A stretch of DNA of 57,357 bases from an uncultured Tenacibaculum sp. (GCA_938041625.1 CALISK010000147.1:1-57357); one strand, 5' to 3'. Positions 40,985 to 51,435 are shown, numbered from the stretch's first letter. The notes: generated from the letters alone by a model not told the origin. Program-made: numbers and translations.

Positions 40985-43462
40985 ATGAAAAATATAAGTA
41001 AACAAGAGAAGGAGACCTTCAAAAAGAAAGGTGTAGAGTCTAATGAAAAAATAGTATTTGATTTAAGCGGTAATAATTGGCAAATGGAAGGGATTAGGCC
41101 TGGAGAAGGTGTCAAAATAGGATTCCATGAGTTAAATTTTGATATTACTGGTGATTCGTTCAATTGGAGTTTTGCTAAAGTACCTGGTGATGTATATACA
41201 GATTTATGGAGAGCAGGAAGAATTGAAGATCCACACTTTGGAAGAAATAGTTTAAAAGCGAAATGGGTACCCGAAAATGAATGGTGGTATAAGCGTCAGT
41301 TTGATGTACCTAGAGAAATGCTAAATAAAAGAATTCAATTAGTTTTTGATGGTGTAGATTTTGCTTGTGATGTTTGGTTAAATGGAGAATTGTTAGGAAC
41401 TCATGAAGGAATGTTTTCAAAATTTAAATTTGACGTTTCTAAAACGATTCGTTTTGAGAACCTACGTTTCGGAACTAATGTATTAATGATACGTTTACAT
41501 CCAGCACCTAGGCGATACAGTCAAGTAGCTGGTAGAAAACCCGCTTGGCATGGAGATTATTGGGTAAGTTTACCTCCTACAGGAATTTGGAAGCCAGTAT
41601 ATTTAGAAGCTATGGGTAATGTAACTATAGAAGACACTTACGTGCAACCTACATTAGTTGGAGAAAACCAAGCAAAATTAAATGTTGATGTTGAGTTAGA
41701 AAATCATATAGATAGTACAAAAAAAGTGGCAGTAAAAGTAGCTGTTAAAGGTAAAAACTTTACATCTAAAACATACGAAGAGGTTAAAGAAGTAGTAATA
41801 GAGGCAGGAAGTAATAAAGTTTCATTGAGTTTAGATATTAATGAGGCTAAGTTATGGTGGCCATGGGATTTAGGAGATCAAAATTTATATACGGCAAAAG
41901 TTACCATATTAGAAGAAGAACAATTACAGGATACTACGTCTACTAATTTTGGAATTAGAGAAATAGAAATGGCTCATAACCCCGGATTTACCATGGATGA
42001 GGTTGAAAACCCTTGGACAGTAATCATTAATGGTAAGCGTCACTTTATGAGATCTGGAACATGGGGCGGACCACCAGATATTTTTATGGGAAGAGCTCAT
42101 AAAAGTAAATATAAAGAGTTAATTGAATTGGCGAAAGAAGCAAACTTTAATAACTTACGAATATTTGGTTGGCATCCTGAAGAAATACCATATTTCTATG
42201 AATTATGTAACGAAGCAGGTATTACTGTTTGGCAAGATGTATTGCCATTAGCAAGTTTATCCTTACCAAAGGACGAAGAGTTTAAAAAAGCAGTTTTTGA
42301 AGAAGCAATTTCATCTGTAAAAGAACAACGTAATCATCCTTGTATAGTTTTACTCGAAGGTTCAGAAGAGTTATTTATGACAGCTTCAGATCCACAACAC
42401 AATCTTAATTTTGTGAATGAATTAGGAGAAGCAATAGAGCCATATACCTCTTTATATTATATTCCTTCATCTCCTTTAAGTGATGAGGTGGGGTTAAGTT
42501 TAGGCTTTAAACCTAAAGAAAGCTACCATGCAAACGATTTATTTTATGGGGAAGGGGAGTTTGTAATGGAAGATTATTTTCCAACGTTAGATTATGCTGT
42601 CATTCCTGAATTAGCAATTTCATCATGTCCAAATGTAGAAAGTATTAAAAAGTTTATACCTGAAGATGAAATTTGGCCGCCAGGACCAAGTTGGGGGCAT
42701 CATTGGACAGATTTTGATGCGTTAAGAACACTCAATTTTGAAGTTTTAGGAGATCAATCTAGAGATGGATTTGAAAAGTTTGTTGAAGCGACTCAAATAA
42801 CACAAGGAGTGATTTTTCAGTATGCTTTAGAACATTTTAGAACAAGAAAACCAAGAACAAGTGCTATTTGTATATGCCACTATATAACTTTTGCTCCAGA
42901 TATGAAATGGGGAATTGTAGATTACTACCAAGAAAAGAAACGTTCCTTTGATTATGTTAAAAAAGCATATCAACCTTTATTACTTACATTAAAACATAAC
43001 AGTAGACGTTGGTTGCCAGGAGAAGAATTTAAAGGAGAATTATGGGTGGTGAATGATTATTATGAATCTTTTAAAGCTTGTAAAGCAACAATTAAGTTTT
43101 TAGATGATAAAAAATCAGTCGTAAAGCAAATGTCTTATGATTTTGAAGAAATTTCAAAAGATAGTGCAAGTAAATTTGTAGATGTTTCATGTAAAGTTCC
43201 TGGAGTTTTAGGAGATAAGTTTTACGTAGAAATGAATTTAACAGATAGAGAAGGAAATGAACTTTCAGTTAATGATTATTTATTGTTAGTAGCTGATAAA
43301 ATAAAAGATAAAAAAGAGTTAAAAGCTATAGGTAAAGAAGCTTTTGACATTAAGCAAAAATATGGATGGGCTAATTATTTTAGATATTACCCGGGGTTAG
43401 GAGCAGAAGAAGGTCAAAAGGAAGCTGATGAAAAGATGCCTATTGCTAGAGGTTTTGAATAA
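40985..43462 (+). CDS. GH2 exo-glycosidase (beta-mannosidase-like branch), cytoplasmic
   Basis: VPGDVYTDL, EWWYKRQF, FDGVD, LWWPWDLG.QNLY, FGIRE, GITVWQD, RNHPCIV; no signal peptide. Confidence 0.85.
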   Translation: MKNISKQEKETFKKKGVESNEKIVFDLSGNNWQMEGIRPGEGVKIGFHELNFDITGDSFNWSFAKVPGDVYTDLWRAGRIEDPHFGRNSLKAKWVPENEWWYKRQFDVPREMLNKRIQLVFDGVDFACDVWLNGELLGTHEGMFSKFKFDVSKTIRFENLRFGTNVLMIRLHPAPRRYSQVAGRKPAWHGDYWVSLPPTGIWKPVYLEAMGNVTIEDTYVQPTLVGENQAKLNVDVELENHIDSTKKVAVKVAVKGKNFTSKTYEEVKEVVIEAGSNKVSLSLDINEAKLWWPWDLGDQNLYTAKVTILEEEQLQDTTSTNFGIREIEMAHNPGFTMDEVENPWTVIINGKRHFMRSGTWGGPPDIFMGRAHKSKYKELIELAKEANFNNLRIFGWHPEEIPYFYELCNEAGITVWQDVLPLASLSLPKDEEFKKAVFEEAISSVKEQRNHPCIVLLEGSEELFMTASDPQHNLNFVNELGEAIEPYTSLYYIPSSPLSDEVGLSLGFKPKESYHANDLFYGEGEFVMEDYFPTLDYAVIPELAISSCPNVESIKKFIPEDEIWPPGPSWGHHWTDFDALRTLNFEVLGDQSRDGFEKFVEATQITQGVIFQYALEHFRTRKPRTSAICICHYITFAPDMKWGIVDYYQEKKRSFDYVKKAYQPLLLTLKHNSRRWLPGEEFKGELWVVNDYYESFKACKATIKFLDDKKSVVKQMSYDFEEISKDSASKFVDVSCKVPGVLGDKFYVEMNLTDREGNELSVNDYLLLVADKIKDKKELKAIGKEAFDIKQKYGWANYFRYYPGLGAEEGQKEADEKMPIARGFE

Positions 43463-43477
43463 TATTAATTAAAACTA

Positions 43478-43960
43478 ATGAATAACAAACAAATTCAATT
43501 AAAAGGAATTACTTGTAATCATAGTAGAGGATTTACATCAGTAGTTGCTACAGCTCAAAGGTTTCATGAATTAAATCCAAATGTTGAGATTACATGGAAA
43601 AAAAAGATCATTACAAGCATTCGCAGATGAACCTATTAGCGAATTAGCAAAGCGTTATGATTTATTGGTAATAGATCATCCTTGGGCTGGTTTTGCAGCT
43701 CAAACGGGTGTAATAGTACCATTAGATGATTTTTTATCAAAAGCTTTCTTAGAAGATCAAGCTGTAAATTCAGTGGGTAAATCTCATGAAAGTTATTCTT
43801 ATAACAAACACCAATGGGCTTTAGCAATAGATGCTGCTACGCCAGTTGCTGCTTACAGAGAAGATTTATTTGATAAATTGAATTTAAAGATACCTCAAAC
43901 TTGGGAAGATTTAGTCTCTTTAGCTCAAAAAGGATATGTTGTCATACTAGGAATACCTCA
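43478..43960 (+). pseudogene. Frameshifted, truncated extracellular solute-binding protein
   Basis: ATG 43478 gives [18 protein letters not shown]...EITWKK; an A8 run at 43598-43605 shifts the frame to RSLQAFAD...DLLVIDHP...ALAIDAATP...PQTWED; similarity ends about 43960. Confidence 0.8.
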
Positions 43961-44094
43961 ATCATCAAATAGTTGGGTATATTCAAGGGTATCATTCAGG
44001 GCATAAAACTTCTGGAATGGGAGGTGAAGATGGTGTTTATGGTATTGAAGGTTATTTACAAAAAAGAACTATTTACTTAGATTACTCAAGTTAA
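43960..44094 (+). pseudogene. Orphan 3' fragment of an aldehyde dehydrogenase
   Basis: Frame from 43966 reads [42 protein letters not shown], aligning with the C-terminus of the ALDH at 27867 ([31 protein letters not shown]). Confidence 0.85.
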
Positions 44095-44116
44095 AAAGAT
44101 ATTCCTTTATTATTGT

Positions 44117-44176
44117 AAGATCAAAGCTTATAGAAAAACTCACTAGATAATGAGTTTTTCTATAAGCTTTGATCTT
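44117..44176. terminator. Bidirectional terminator ending the agar operon
   Basis: 26-bp perfect inverted repeat with 8-nt loop. Confidence 0.85.
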
Positions 44177-44233
44177 TTAAATTGTTTTATAATTTCACCA
44201 TTTTTATTAGTATCGTACAAATAGATTTTAAAT

Positions 44234-47200
44234 TTAATTAGATAGAAGTAATTGATAAGTTGATATTGACATATGGTCCTCACTTATTGGGTTTACTCCA
44301 AAAAACCTAGCTAAAGATGGATCTGCATTACGATCTTTAAAAGTAATCCAATTAAGTTCTAGTTCTTCTTGTCTTTCTTTTCCTAGATATCCCCATTTTT
44401 GTGCTGTGCTACTACCTAATGATGAAGTTATATTATTGTACCCTTTGTGTTCAAGTCCAAATGGATAATAGTTTTTTTCTTCTATAATTTCAGAGTTAGC
44501 AGTAATTGTTCCATCATTATTCATATCGGTATATGAAAGTCTTATATTGCCTAAGTGATCCTTGTATTGAAAAACATATTTAAAATCTATGTTATCTTTA
44601 GCTATATATCCTTCTGAATGCTTGAAAAATTGTAATATATTTTTTTCATAAATATAATTACCTGCATAATCTGTAGTAGAGGTACTTCCATTCTCAATAA
44701 TTATTTTTCTTTGTTTAGTACCAGAAGCATCATATATGTATTGTATTGTTTTATTATTAAACTTAACTTTTATGGGTAGATTTAAATGATTATAAGTGAT
44801 TCCATTACTTTTTGAAGTACCTATGTTTTTATTTAAGTTTTTTAACATATTACCATTTGTGTCATATGTGTATTCCACATTTAAATTAACACCATCTTTA
44901 AATCCAGTATTTATACTCCCTCCTAATAATTCATCTACTTTAATTAACTTGTTGCCGAAATATGTATACTCCAAATTATCCATTAACCCAAAATTAGTAG
45001 CATTTATATCTCTATGGCCTCTTCTTTGAAGTTTTTTAATATTTCCATTTTTATCATAGATAATACTAGAAATATCATAGTTGTTATTTTTATATCCTTT
45101 AGCTTCTTTAATTCTATTTAAAGCATCGTACTTATAAGTATAACCTCTTAAATCAGTTGAAAAATTATTAGTTCTCCATAAAAATGTTTTAATAGTATTG
45201 TTATATAATGATGTGTTATTTTGGATTTTAGATGTATTATAATTCAATTTTAAAGAGAATAAATCATTTCCCATATTGTTTACATCGTTCATTTGTTTTA
45301 GCCAGCCTTTATTATTGTAACTATAGTCTATGGTTTGTAATCCTTTATTTAAATCTACGAGAACTAAGTTTTTTATTCTTGAGTTTTCATCATGTAAAGA
45401 AACATCTCCCACCATAGTTTTAGACATAACTGAGGTATCTGAAACATAAAATACTTTCCAGTTTTTTAAATAGTAAATAGTGTTACCTCTACGTTCTATA
45501 CTAAAATAATCATTAGTTACGTATGTTGTTTTTAAACCTTTATCAATTCCTGATTCATAGACATAAACTTTACCTTTTTTGTTTTGAATTGCATAATTAA
45601 TCTCTTCAAATGCTACACTGTTATCTATGTAAGACAATCCCACAATAACATTTTTCTTACTATCTGTTATAGAATAGTTGAGATACCCATCGCCAGAGAT
45701 TTTATTTAAAGTAGATAATCCTGAATCCCAATCATTGGTAGTATTTGATTTTTTAGTGATTAGATTTTCTTTTATACTAATATTATTGCTCTTGTTTGTG
45801 TAACTGCTTAAATCTAGTAAATGTCCTCCTACTACTTTTTTTATAAGTTTTCCTAAAGAATTGTAGGTGTTTTTTAAAATAAGTTCTTTTAACTGATTGT
45901 TAATTTGCTGTTCTTGGCGAATTAAATGATTGGCATGATTGTAAGTATAATAATTTCTTGTAATTACTGGAGCTTCGTAAGCTCTTTTGTGTGTAGTTAC
46001 TTCCTTTAATATTTTACCTTCAGAGTCTAATTTTTTACCTATTTCATTTTTAGTTTTTAAATAATCATTTTTAGATGTTGTATAGATAGGTCTTTTCTGA
46101 TTATCATAATAAACAACATTGGTTATCCATTTTGTTGTTTCTAAAACACGGGACTTACTTCCTGTTTTTAAATATTTTGTATTACTGATAAATGATTGCC
46201 CTGAATAGGAGTATCCTATAAATACATTGTTTAGTGTTGTGTTTATATCAAAAAAAGAACTATCTCCGTATAAAGGTTTACTAGTACTAGATGTACTACG
46301 ATGAAATATATGATTATTTTTTTTGTACAAAATATATTTATCAGAGCGTTCTACTTTAAATACATCACCAACTTGATAATAGGTTTCTAGTATTGATTGA
46401 GGTATGCCAGATTCATAAATTAAAACGTGCCCTTTTGAATTTAAATAAATGGCATAATCAATTGAATTATAGTGATGTTTTTTTTCTTGAGAGGAAGTTA
46501 AACCGACTGTAACATTTTTGTGTTGTTGTGCTACTGTAAATTGTATGTAGCCATCTTGTTTTATTGTGCGTATAGATTTGAATCCTGTATTCCAATCAGA
46601 TCCGTTTATTTTTGTGAAACCCTTTTCATTTTGTAACAATCCTTCAAGAGTTTCAAAATCATAAGAAATTTCTAACTTGTTATCTGTATCCCAATTATAA
46701 TCATCGTAATAATTAATAGTATATATTTTTGAAGAAGTAGTTGGAAAAGCTCTGGATGTGTAATATAAATCTGTAGTTATATCTACAGGAGAAATAGTAT
46801 TCGTTTTTTTTATTTTTACTTCATAAAGTAAATCAGAATTTTTAGTGGAATGTGCAATTACATTCGCTTGTAATTCTATTCTATCTCTATTATCGACATA
46901 TAAGCCAGTATAAACTACTCTATTGTTAATATCATATTTTTTGAATAGCCATTCTTTTGGTGTTTTTTCTCTTTGATTGGCATCTTGAGTTAATACTGGA
47001 CGGTCTAATTTATCGTAAACAATATATTCTTTGCCTTTGCCTGGAATTTTCTTTTCGATTAATCTATTCCTAGAATCATATTTGTATTGATAACATAGTT
47101 CATTAAGTACAGATATTTGTATTTCACCATTTGGATTTAAAATTTTTGAAGTCCCTTCTGGAGATAATACATATATTAAATTACCATAATCATCATATAT

Positions 47201-47575
47201 ATAATATGTGTCATATTCAATATCTAAAACCTGAGCCGAATTATAATCCCGTTTTAGTACAACTTGCCCTTGCTTATTTTTATATTCTACCGTGGTATGA
47301 TCTCTTAAATCGGTTTGAGTTTGTGTCCAGTTTTCATCTTTAGTTATGCTTTTATGTAATTCATTTTTTAAATAATACCCCCCATAATTTAATTTAGGAA
47401 CACCAGATATATCTTGAAATGTGACATAAAAATAACGCACTTCATTTTCTTTATCTAATTGATTTTTTGTAATGTGGTTTAAGTTAAAAGAAAATGAATA
47501 TATATAATGAATACTTAACTGAAACAGAATAAAAAAAAGAGCTCTACTTACTAAGAATTTTTTACTTTTTATCAT
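44234..47575 (-). CDS. RHS/YD-repeat protein (Bacteroidota type), truncated, with no C-terminal toxin
   Basis: YQYKYDSRNRLIEKKIPGKG, VYDKLDRP, YTYDTNGNM, KDHLGNIRLSY, YYPFGLEH, LARFFGVNP; stops before the NNP...DPxG cleavage motif. Confidence 0.85.
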   Translation of the reverse strand: MIKSKKFLVSRALFFILFQLSIHYIYSFSFNLNHITKNQLDKENEVRYFYVTFQDISGVPKLNYGGYYLKNELHKSITKDENWTQTQTDLRDHTTVEYKNKQGQVVLKRDYNSAQVLDIEYDTYYIYDDYGNLIYVLSPEGTSKILNPNGEIQISVLNELCYQYKYDSRNRLIEKKIPGKGKEYIVYDKLDRPVLTQDANQREKTPKEWLFKKYDINNRVVYTGLYVDNRDRIELQANVIAHSTKNSDLLYEVKIKKTNTISPVDITTDLYYTSRAFPTTSSKIYTINYYDDYNWDTDNKLEISYDFETLEGLLQNEKGFTKINGSDWNTGFKSIRTIKQDGYIQFTVAQQHKNVTVGLTSSQEKKHHYNSIDYAIYLNSKGHVLIYESGIPQSILETYYQVGDVFKVERSDKYILYKKNNHIFHRSTSSTSKPLYGDSSFFDINTTLNNVFIGYSYSGQSFISNTKYLKTGSKSRVLETTKWITNVVYYDNQKRPIYTTSKNDYLKTKNEIGKKLDSEGKILKEVTTHKRAYEAPVITRNYYTYNHANHLIRQEQQINNQLKELILKNTYNSLGKLIKKVVGGHLLDLSSYTNKSNNISIKENLITKKSNTTNDWDSGLSTLNKISGDGYLNYSITDSKKNVIVGLSYIDNSVAFEEINYAIQNKKGKVYVYESGIDKGLKTTYVTNDYFSIERRGNTIYYLKNWKVFYVSDTSVMSKTMVGDVSLHDENSRIKNLVLVDLNKGLQTIDYSYNNKGWLKQMNDVNNMGNDLFSLKLNYNTSKIQNNTSLYNNTIKTFLWRTNNFSTDLRGYTYKYDALNRIKEAKGYKNNNYDISSIIYDKNGNIKKLQRRGHRDINATNFGLMDNLEYTYFGNKLIKVDELLGGSINTGFKDGVNLNVEYTYDTNGNMLKNLNKNIGTSKSNGITYNHLNLPIKVKFNNKTIQYIYDASGTKQRKIIIENGSTSTTDYAGNYIYEKNILQFFKHSEGYIAKDNIDFKYVFQYKDHLGNIRLSYTDMNNDGTITANSEIIEEKNYYPFGLEHKGYNNITSSLGSSTAQKWGYLGKERQEELELNWITFKDRNADPSLARFFGVNPISEDHMSISTYQLLLSN
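45357..46622 (-). repeat. Two diverged copies (about 135 aa each) of a beta-rich domain inserted in the RHS protein
   Basis: About 46217-46622 and about 45357-45763 share W.(T/S)G, DGY, KNV.VGL, (D/N)YAI, YESG, ER, Y.KN and GD motifs. Confidence 0.8.
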
Positions 47576-47599
47576 AATTAAAAACTGTATTTTATAAGA

Positions 47600-48541
47600 T
47601 TAAAGAACAGGTTCTTTCCATCTTATTCTCATGTAATTATCTATTTTTTTTATATCTTTTGGTATGTTTCTTTTTATAATCATTAACAAATTTTCCAGTA
47701 ATTTTTCTTTAGCAAAGTTTTTATTAACTACAATGCTTATTTCTCGTGTAGGAACAGGAGGTTTAAATTTTTTTATGAAACTTTTTTTAGATGAATGTTG
47801 AATAGAAAGTTGTGGTATTAAACTGTAACCTAAACCAGCTTCTACTAAATTTTTGATAGTTTGAATAGAACCGCTTTCGAATATAAAATTATTATTCTCT
47901 TCTGTTTTACTCTTCTTACAAAGATTTAAAACTTGATCTCTAAAACAGTGTCCTTTTTCTAATAATAAAAGGTTTTCAGGAGTAAGGTCTTTTTGTTCTA
48001 TTCCGTCTGGATTAGTAAATCGTTGCGCATTTTTACAATAAAGAAAAAAAGGCTCTTGATAAAGATTAATTTCACGTAATCTTGAGTCTCCTAAAGGAGT
48101 TGATAGAATACTCATATCTATACTACCATTATTAAGAGCTTCGATAATTTGGTATGTATCCATTTCCTTGATTATTAACTTTAAATCAGGATGGTTTTTT
48201 ACAAAATCTTCTAGAAATAGAGGGAGTAGATAAGGAGCAATTGTTGGTATAATTCCTAAAGTACATTCTCCAGATAAATCAATTCTATCTTCATAAGCAA
48301 ATTTGTTAAATTCATTTACTTCTTGTAGAATAAGTTTAGCTTTTGCTATTAATTCTTCTCCAATAGGAGTGGGAGAAAGTGGGGATTTATCACGATTAAA
48401 AATAATCGTTCCAATTTCGTCTTCTAGCTTTTTAACTTGTAAAGTTAGTGTAGGTTGTGTAACAAAACAGGCCTCGGCAGCCTTTACATAATGCCTTTTG
48501 TCATTTAAGGCAATAATGTATTTAAGTTGTTGTATAGTCAT
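47600..48541 (-). CDS. oxyR: Hydrogen peroxide-inducible LysR regulator OxyR
   Basis: LysR HTH (CFVTQPTL); redox motif GHCFRDQVLNLC (Cx8C); divergent from catalase. Confidence 0.9.
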   Translation of the reverse strand: MTIQQLKYIIALNDKRHYVKAAEACFVTQPTLTLQVKKLEDEIGTIIFNRDKSPLSPTPIGEELIAKAKLILQEVNEFNKFAYEDRIDLSGECTLGIIPTIAPYLLPLFLEDFVKNHPDLKLIIKEMDTYQIIEALNNGSIDMSILSTPLGDSRLREINLYQEPFFLYCKNAQRFTNPDGIEQKDLTPENLLLLEKGHCFRDQVLNLCKKSKTEENNNFIFESGSIQTIKNLVEAGLGYSLIPQLSIQHSSKKSFIKKFKPPVPTREISIVVNKNFAKEKLLENLLMIIKRNIPKDIKKIDNYMRIRWKEPVL

Positions 48542-49228
48542 TTAATATTATATTAAGGAGGTTATTTTGACTTTTACTTCATTATTTTAATTTGATAAAG
48601 AACTTAAGTTATTTACCTATTATATGGTTTAATTACATTGCTTTTATTAAGTTTTTTAAAGATAAAATCTATATTGTTTTTTTATAAATAGAGTCAATTA
48701 ATTGAAGACTTCCTTACAAACAGTTGTGTTGACTTAAGATAAGTTTTTCTTTATGCAAGTGTAAATTAGGTTTGTTCATTTTGTGTTTTTTGATAGGGTT
48801 AAAAATTAATAGAATATATATTAAAGGAGATTAGGGTGTTTTTTATTAAAGTGAAATTGTTAGTTTCAAGAATTCTTTTAAAACTAGATTTAGGTTTGTT
48901 AAAACTAATAACATTTTATAATCAAAATTTACTAAAGTTTTATCTACAAGTTAGAGAGTGTTGTTGTAAACAATTGAAATCTATGGAGAAAAAACCTGCA
49001 AAGAGATGTGTTTAAAATTATACTCCACCTTAATAAAAACTAATAAGATATCACTATGATGTTAGTTTTTAGTTTCAATACAAATATCTACAATATTTCC
49101 TTTTTTATTGAACAAGTAATTGAGCTTTCATATTAGTTTTATAAATATGGTCATTTAAAGTATTAATATTAAATGTGATGATTTTAATTATACCTTTAGA
49201 TACCAATTAACCTATTAAAATCTTAAAA

Positions 49229-50743
49229 ATGAAAAAAACAGCAATTATTATCGCAATTTTTGCCTGCTCAATTATCTACGGACAGGTAATAACAACAAAT
49301 GGAGGTGTTCCGGTTGGAGATAATCAGAACTCTAAAACAGTTGGTAGATATGGAGAGGTCCTTTTAGAGGATATACACTTAATAGAAAAGCTTGCGGCAT
49401 TTGATCGCGAGCGTATACCTGAAAGAGTAGTGCATGCAAGAGGAGCAGGAGCGTTTGGGCATTTTATAAGCTCAAAAGACATGTCGAATTTTACAAAAGC
49501 TACCTTATTTCAAGGTAATGGTAAGAAAACAGGTTTAGCAGTACGTTTTTCTACCGTTATTCATGGAAAGGGCTCACCTGAAACAGCAAGAGATCCAAGA
49601 GGTTTTGCTGTTAAGTTTTATACAGATCAAGGAAATTATGATATTGTAGGGAATAATTTACCAGTGTTTTTTATTAGAGATGCCATTAAGTTCCCTGATA
49701 TGGTACATTCTTTAAAGCCATCTCCTGTAACTAATAAACAAGACCCGAATAGATTTTTTGATTTTTTTAGTAATGTGCCAGAGGCAACACATATGATTAC
49801 TCGATTGTTTACAGATTTAGGAATTCCTAAGGGGTATCAGTTTATGAACGGAAGTAGTGTACATGGTTTTAAGTGGATTAATAATAGAGGAGAGGTAACG
49901 TATGTAAAGTATTCTTGGGTAAGTAAACAAGGTGAAATAAACTTAGATGTTGATGAAGCAGCAGAACAACAATCAAAAGATTGGCAGCATGCTACAGTTA
50001 GTTTAAGAAATGATATCGCTAATAATAGATTTCCTCAATGGGATTTATTTGTACAGTTAATTAAACCAAAAGATTTAAATAGTTTTGATTTTTGGCCTTT
50101 AGATGCGACAAAAGATTGGCCTGAAAACCAAATTAGAAAGATTAAAATTGGGACTATGATATTGGATAAAAATCCTATTAACTTTTTTGAAGAGGTAGAA
50201 TCAATAGCAATGGCGCCTGGTAATCTGGTTCCTGGTATTGAGCCTTCTGAAGATAAATTGTTACAAGGTCGTTTATTTTCATATTTTGATACACAACGTC
50301 ATAGATTAGGGCCAAACAATCAACAAATAGCGGTAAATCGTCCTAAAAATCCGGTAGTCAATTATAATCAAGATAGTTTTTCTAGTGCTGATAATTCTAA
50401 ATTTCCAGATCCAGATGTAAATTATGAACCTAGTAATAAGGTAAATCTTTCAGATGATGCTGCATATAAAGCTTCTGAGAGAAAAATTAAATTCACAAAA
50501 ATAACACAGGGAAGTATTACTAAGACGAATAATTTTGGACAAGCTGGTGATTTTTATAGATCACTATCAGAAAAAGATAAAAATAACTTAATAAGAAATT
50601 TAACAGGAGATTTAGGGCAAGTAACAGATAGAAGAATCCAGATAAAGATGATTACTTATTTTTATAGGGCAGATAAAAATTATGGAATGAGAGTAGCTAA
50701 AGCATTAGGTTTTTCTCAGAATGATTTTATAAATAGAAGATAA
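49229..50743 (+). CDS. Monofunctional heme catalase with signal peptide (exported, KatB-like)
   Basis: FDRERIPERVVHARG active site; RLFSYFDTQ heme ligand; N-terminus MKKTAIIIAIFACSIIYG. Confidence 0.95.
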   Translation: MKKTAIIIAIFACSIIYGQVITTNGGVPVGDNQNSKTVGRYGEVLLEDIHLIEKLAAFDRERIPERVVHARGAGAFGHFISSKDMSNFTKATLFQGNGKKTGLAVRFSTVIHGKGSPETARDPRGFAVKFYTDQGNYDIVGNNLPVFFIRDAIKFPDMVHSLKPSPVTNKQDPNRFFDFFSNVPEATHMITRLFTDLGIPKGYQFMNGSSVHGFKWINNRGEVTYVKYSWVSKQGEINLDVDEAAEQQSKDWQHATVSLRNDIANNRFPQWDLFVQLIKPKDLNSFDFWPLDATKDWPENQIRKIKIGTMILDKNPINFFEEVESIAMAPGNLVPGIEPSEDKLLQGRLFSYFDTQRHRLGPNNQQIAVNRPKNPVVNYNQDSFSSADNSKFPDPDVNYEPSNKVNLSDDAAYKASERKIKFTKITQGSITKTNNFGQAGDFYRSLSEKDKNNLIRNLTGDLGQVTDRRIQIKMITYFYRADKNYGMRVAKALGFSQNDFINRR

Positions 50744-50838
50744 AAAAAACTTTGTTTATAGTATTTAACACTTAAATTTTAAATTAATGTAATTATTTAT
50801 TTGAAGTGTTGAGTATGGTTATACGTAATATTTGATAC

Positions 50839-51360
50839 ATGAAAAAAAACATATTTTTATTTTATATACTATTATTAACTAGTACTACTTTTTATTCTCA
50901 AGAGCTTATTTTTGATTATTGTAGACAGGGAGATACTGCTGCAATAGAAGCTTTGTATAAAGAAAATCCGAGTATAATAAATAAAGTAAATGATAAAGGG
51001 TTTAGTCCATTAATACTAGCGGTTTACAATGGTGAAAAAGAAACAGTTCGTTTTTTGTTGGAGCATAAAGCTAATACAGAAATACAAGATGTTTCTGGGA
51101 ATACGGCGCTAATGGGGGCTTGTTTTAAAGGATATTTAGATATTGTTAAATTATTAATAGATTATAAAACAGAAGTAAATAGAAAAAATTATAATCAAGC
51201 AACAGCATTAATTTATGCAGCTACTTTCGGACATACCGATATTGTGAAAGAATTAATTAAAAACGGAGCAGATGCTAACTTAAAAGATAGTAGAGGTAAT
51301 ACGGCTTTTGATCATGCAAAAATGCAAGATAATAAAGAGATTATTGAAGTTTTAAAATAA
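50839..51360 (+). CDS. Exported ankyrin-repeat protein (AnkB-like catalase partner)
   Basis: Signal peptide; GFSPLILA, GNTALMGA, QATALIYA, GNTAFDHA repeats; follows catalase as in katB-ankB loci. Confidence 0.9.
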   Translation: MKKNIFLFYILLLTSTTFYSQELIFDYCRQGDTAAIEALYKENPSIINKVNDKGFSPLILAVYNGEKETVRFLLEHKANTEIQDVSGNTALMGACFKGYLDIVKLLIDYKTEVNRKNYNQATALIYAATFGHTDIVKELIKNGADANLKDSRGNTAFDHAKMQDNKEIIEVLK

Positions 51361-51435
51361 ATTTTTATTTCATTTTGCTGTGTTTTATACTATAGTTGAA
51401 TCAGAGTTTGCAACCTACTTTATTAGTATTATATC

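Noticed and set aside
43581-44006. 141-aa ORF as a standalone gene
   Set aside because: It is the frameshifted middle of the SBP pseudogene; its first and last residues are out-of-frame artefacts
48542-49228. OxyR box or sRNA in the long oxyR-catalase intergenic region
   Set aside because: Could not find a clear ATAG-N7-CTAT periodic motif, a stable structure or a coding relic by eye
44177-51435. RHS-oxyR-catalase segment as a mobile element
   Set aside because: No transposase, integrase, terminal repeats or target-site duplication seen; insertion is inferred from context only
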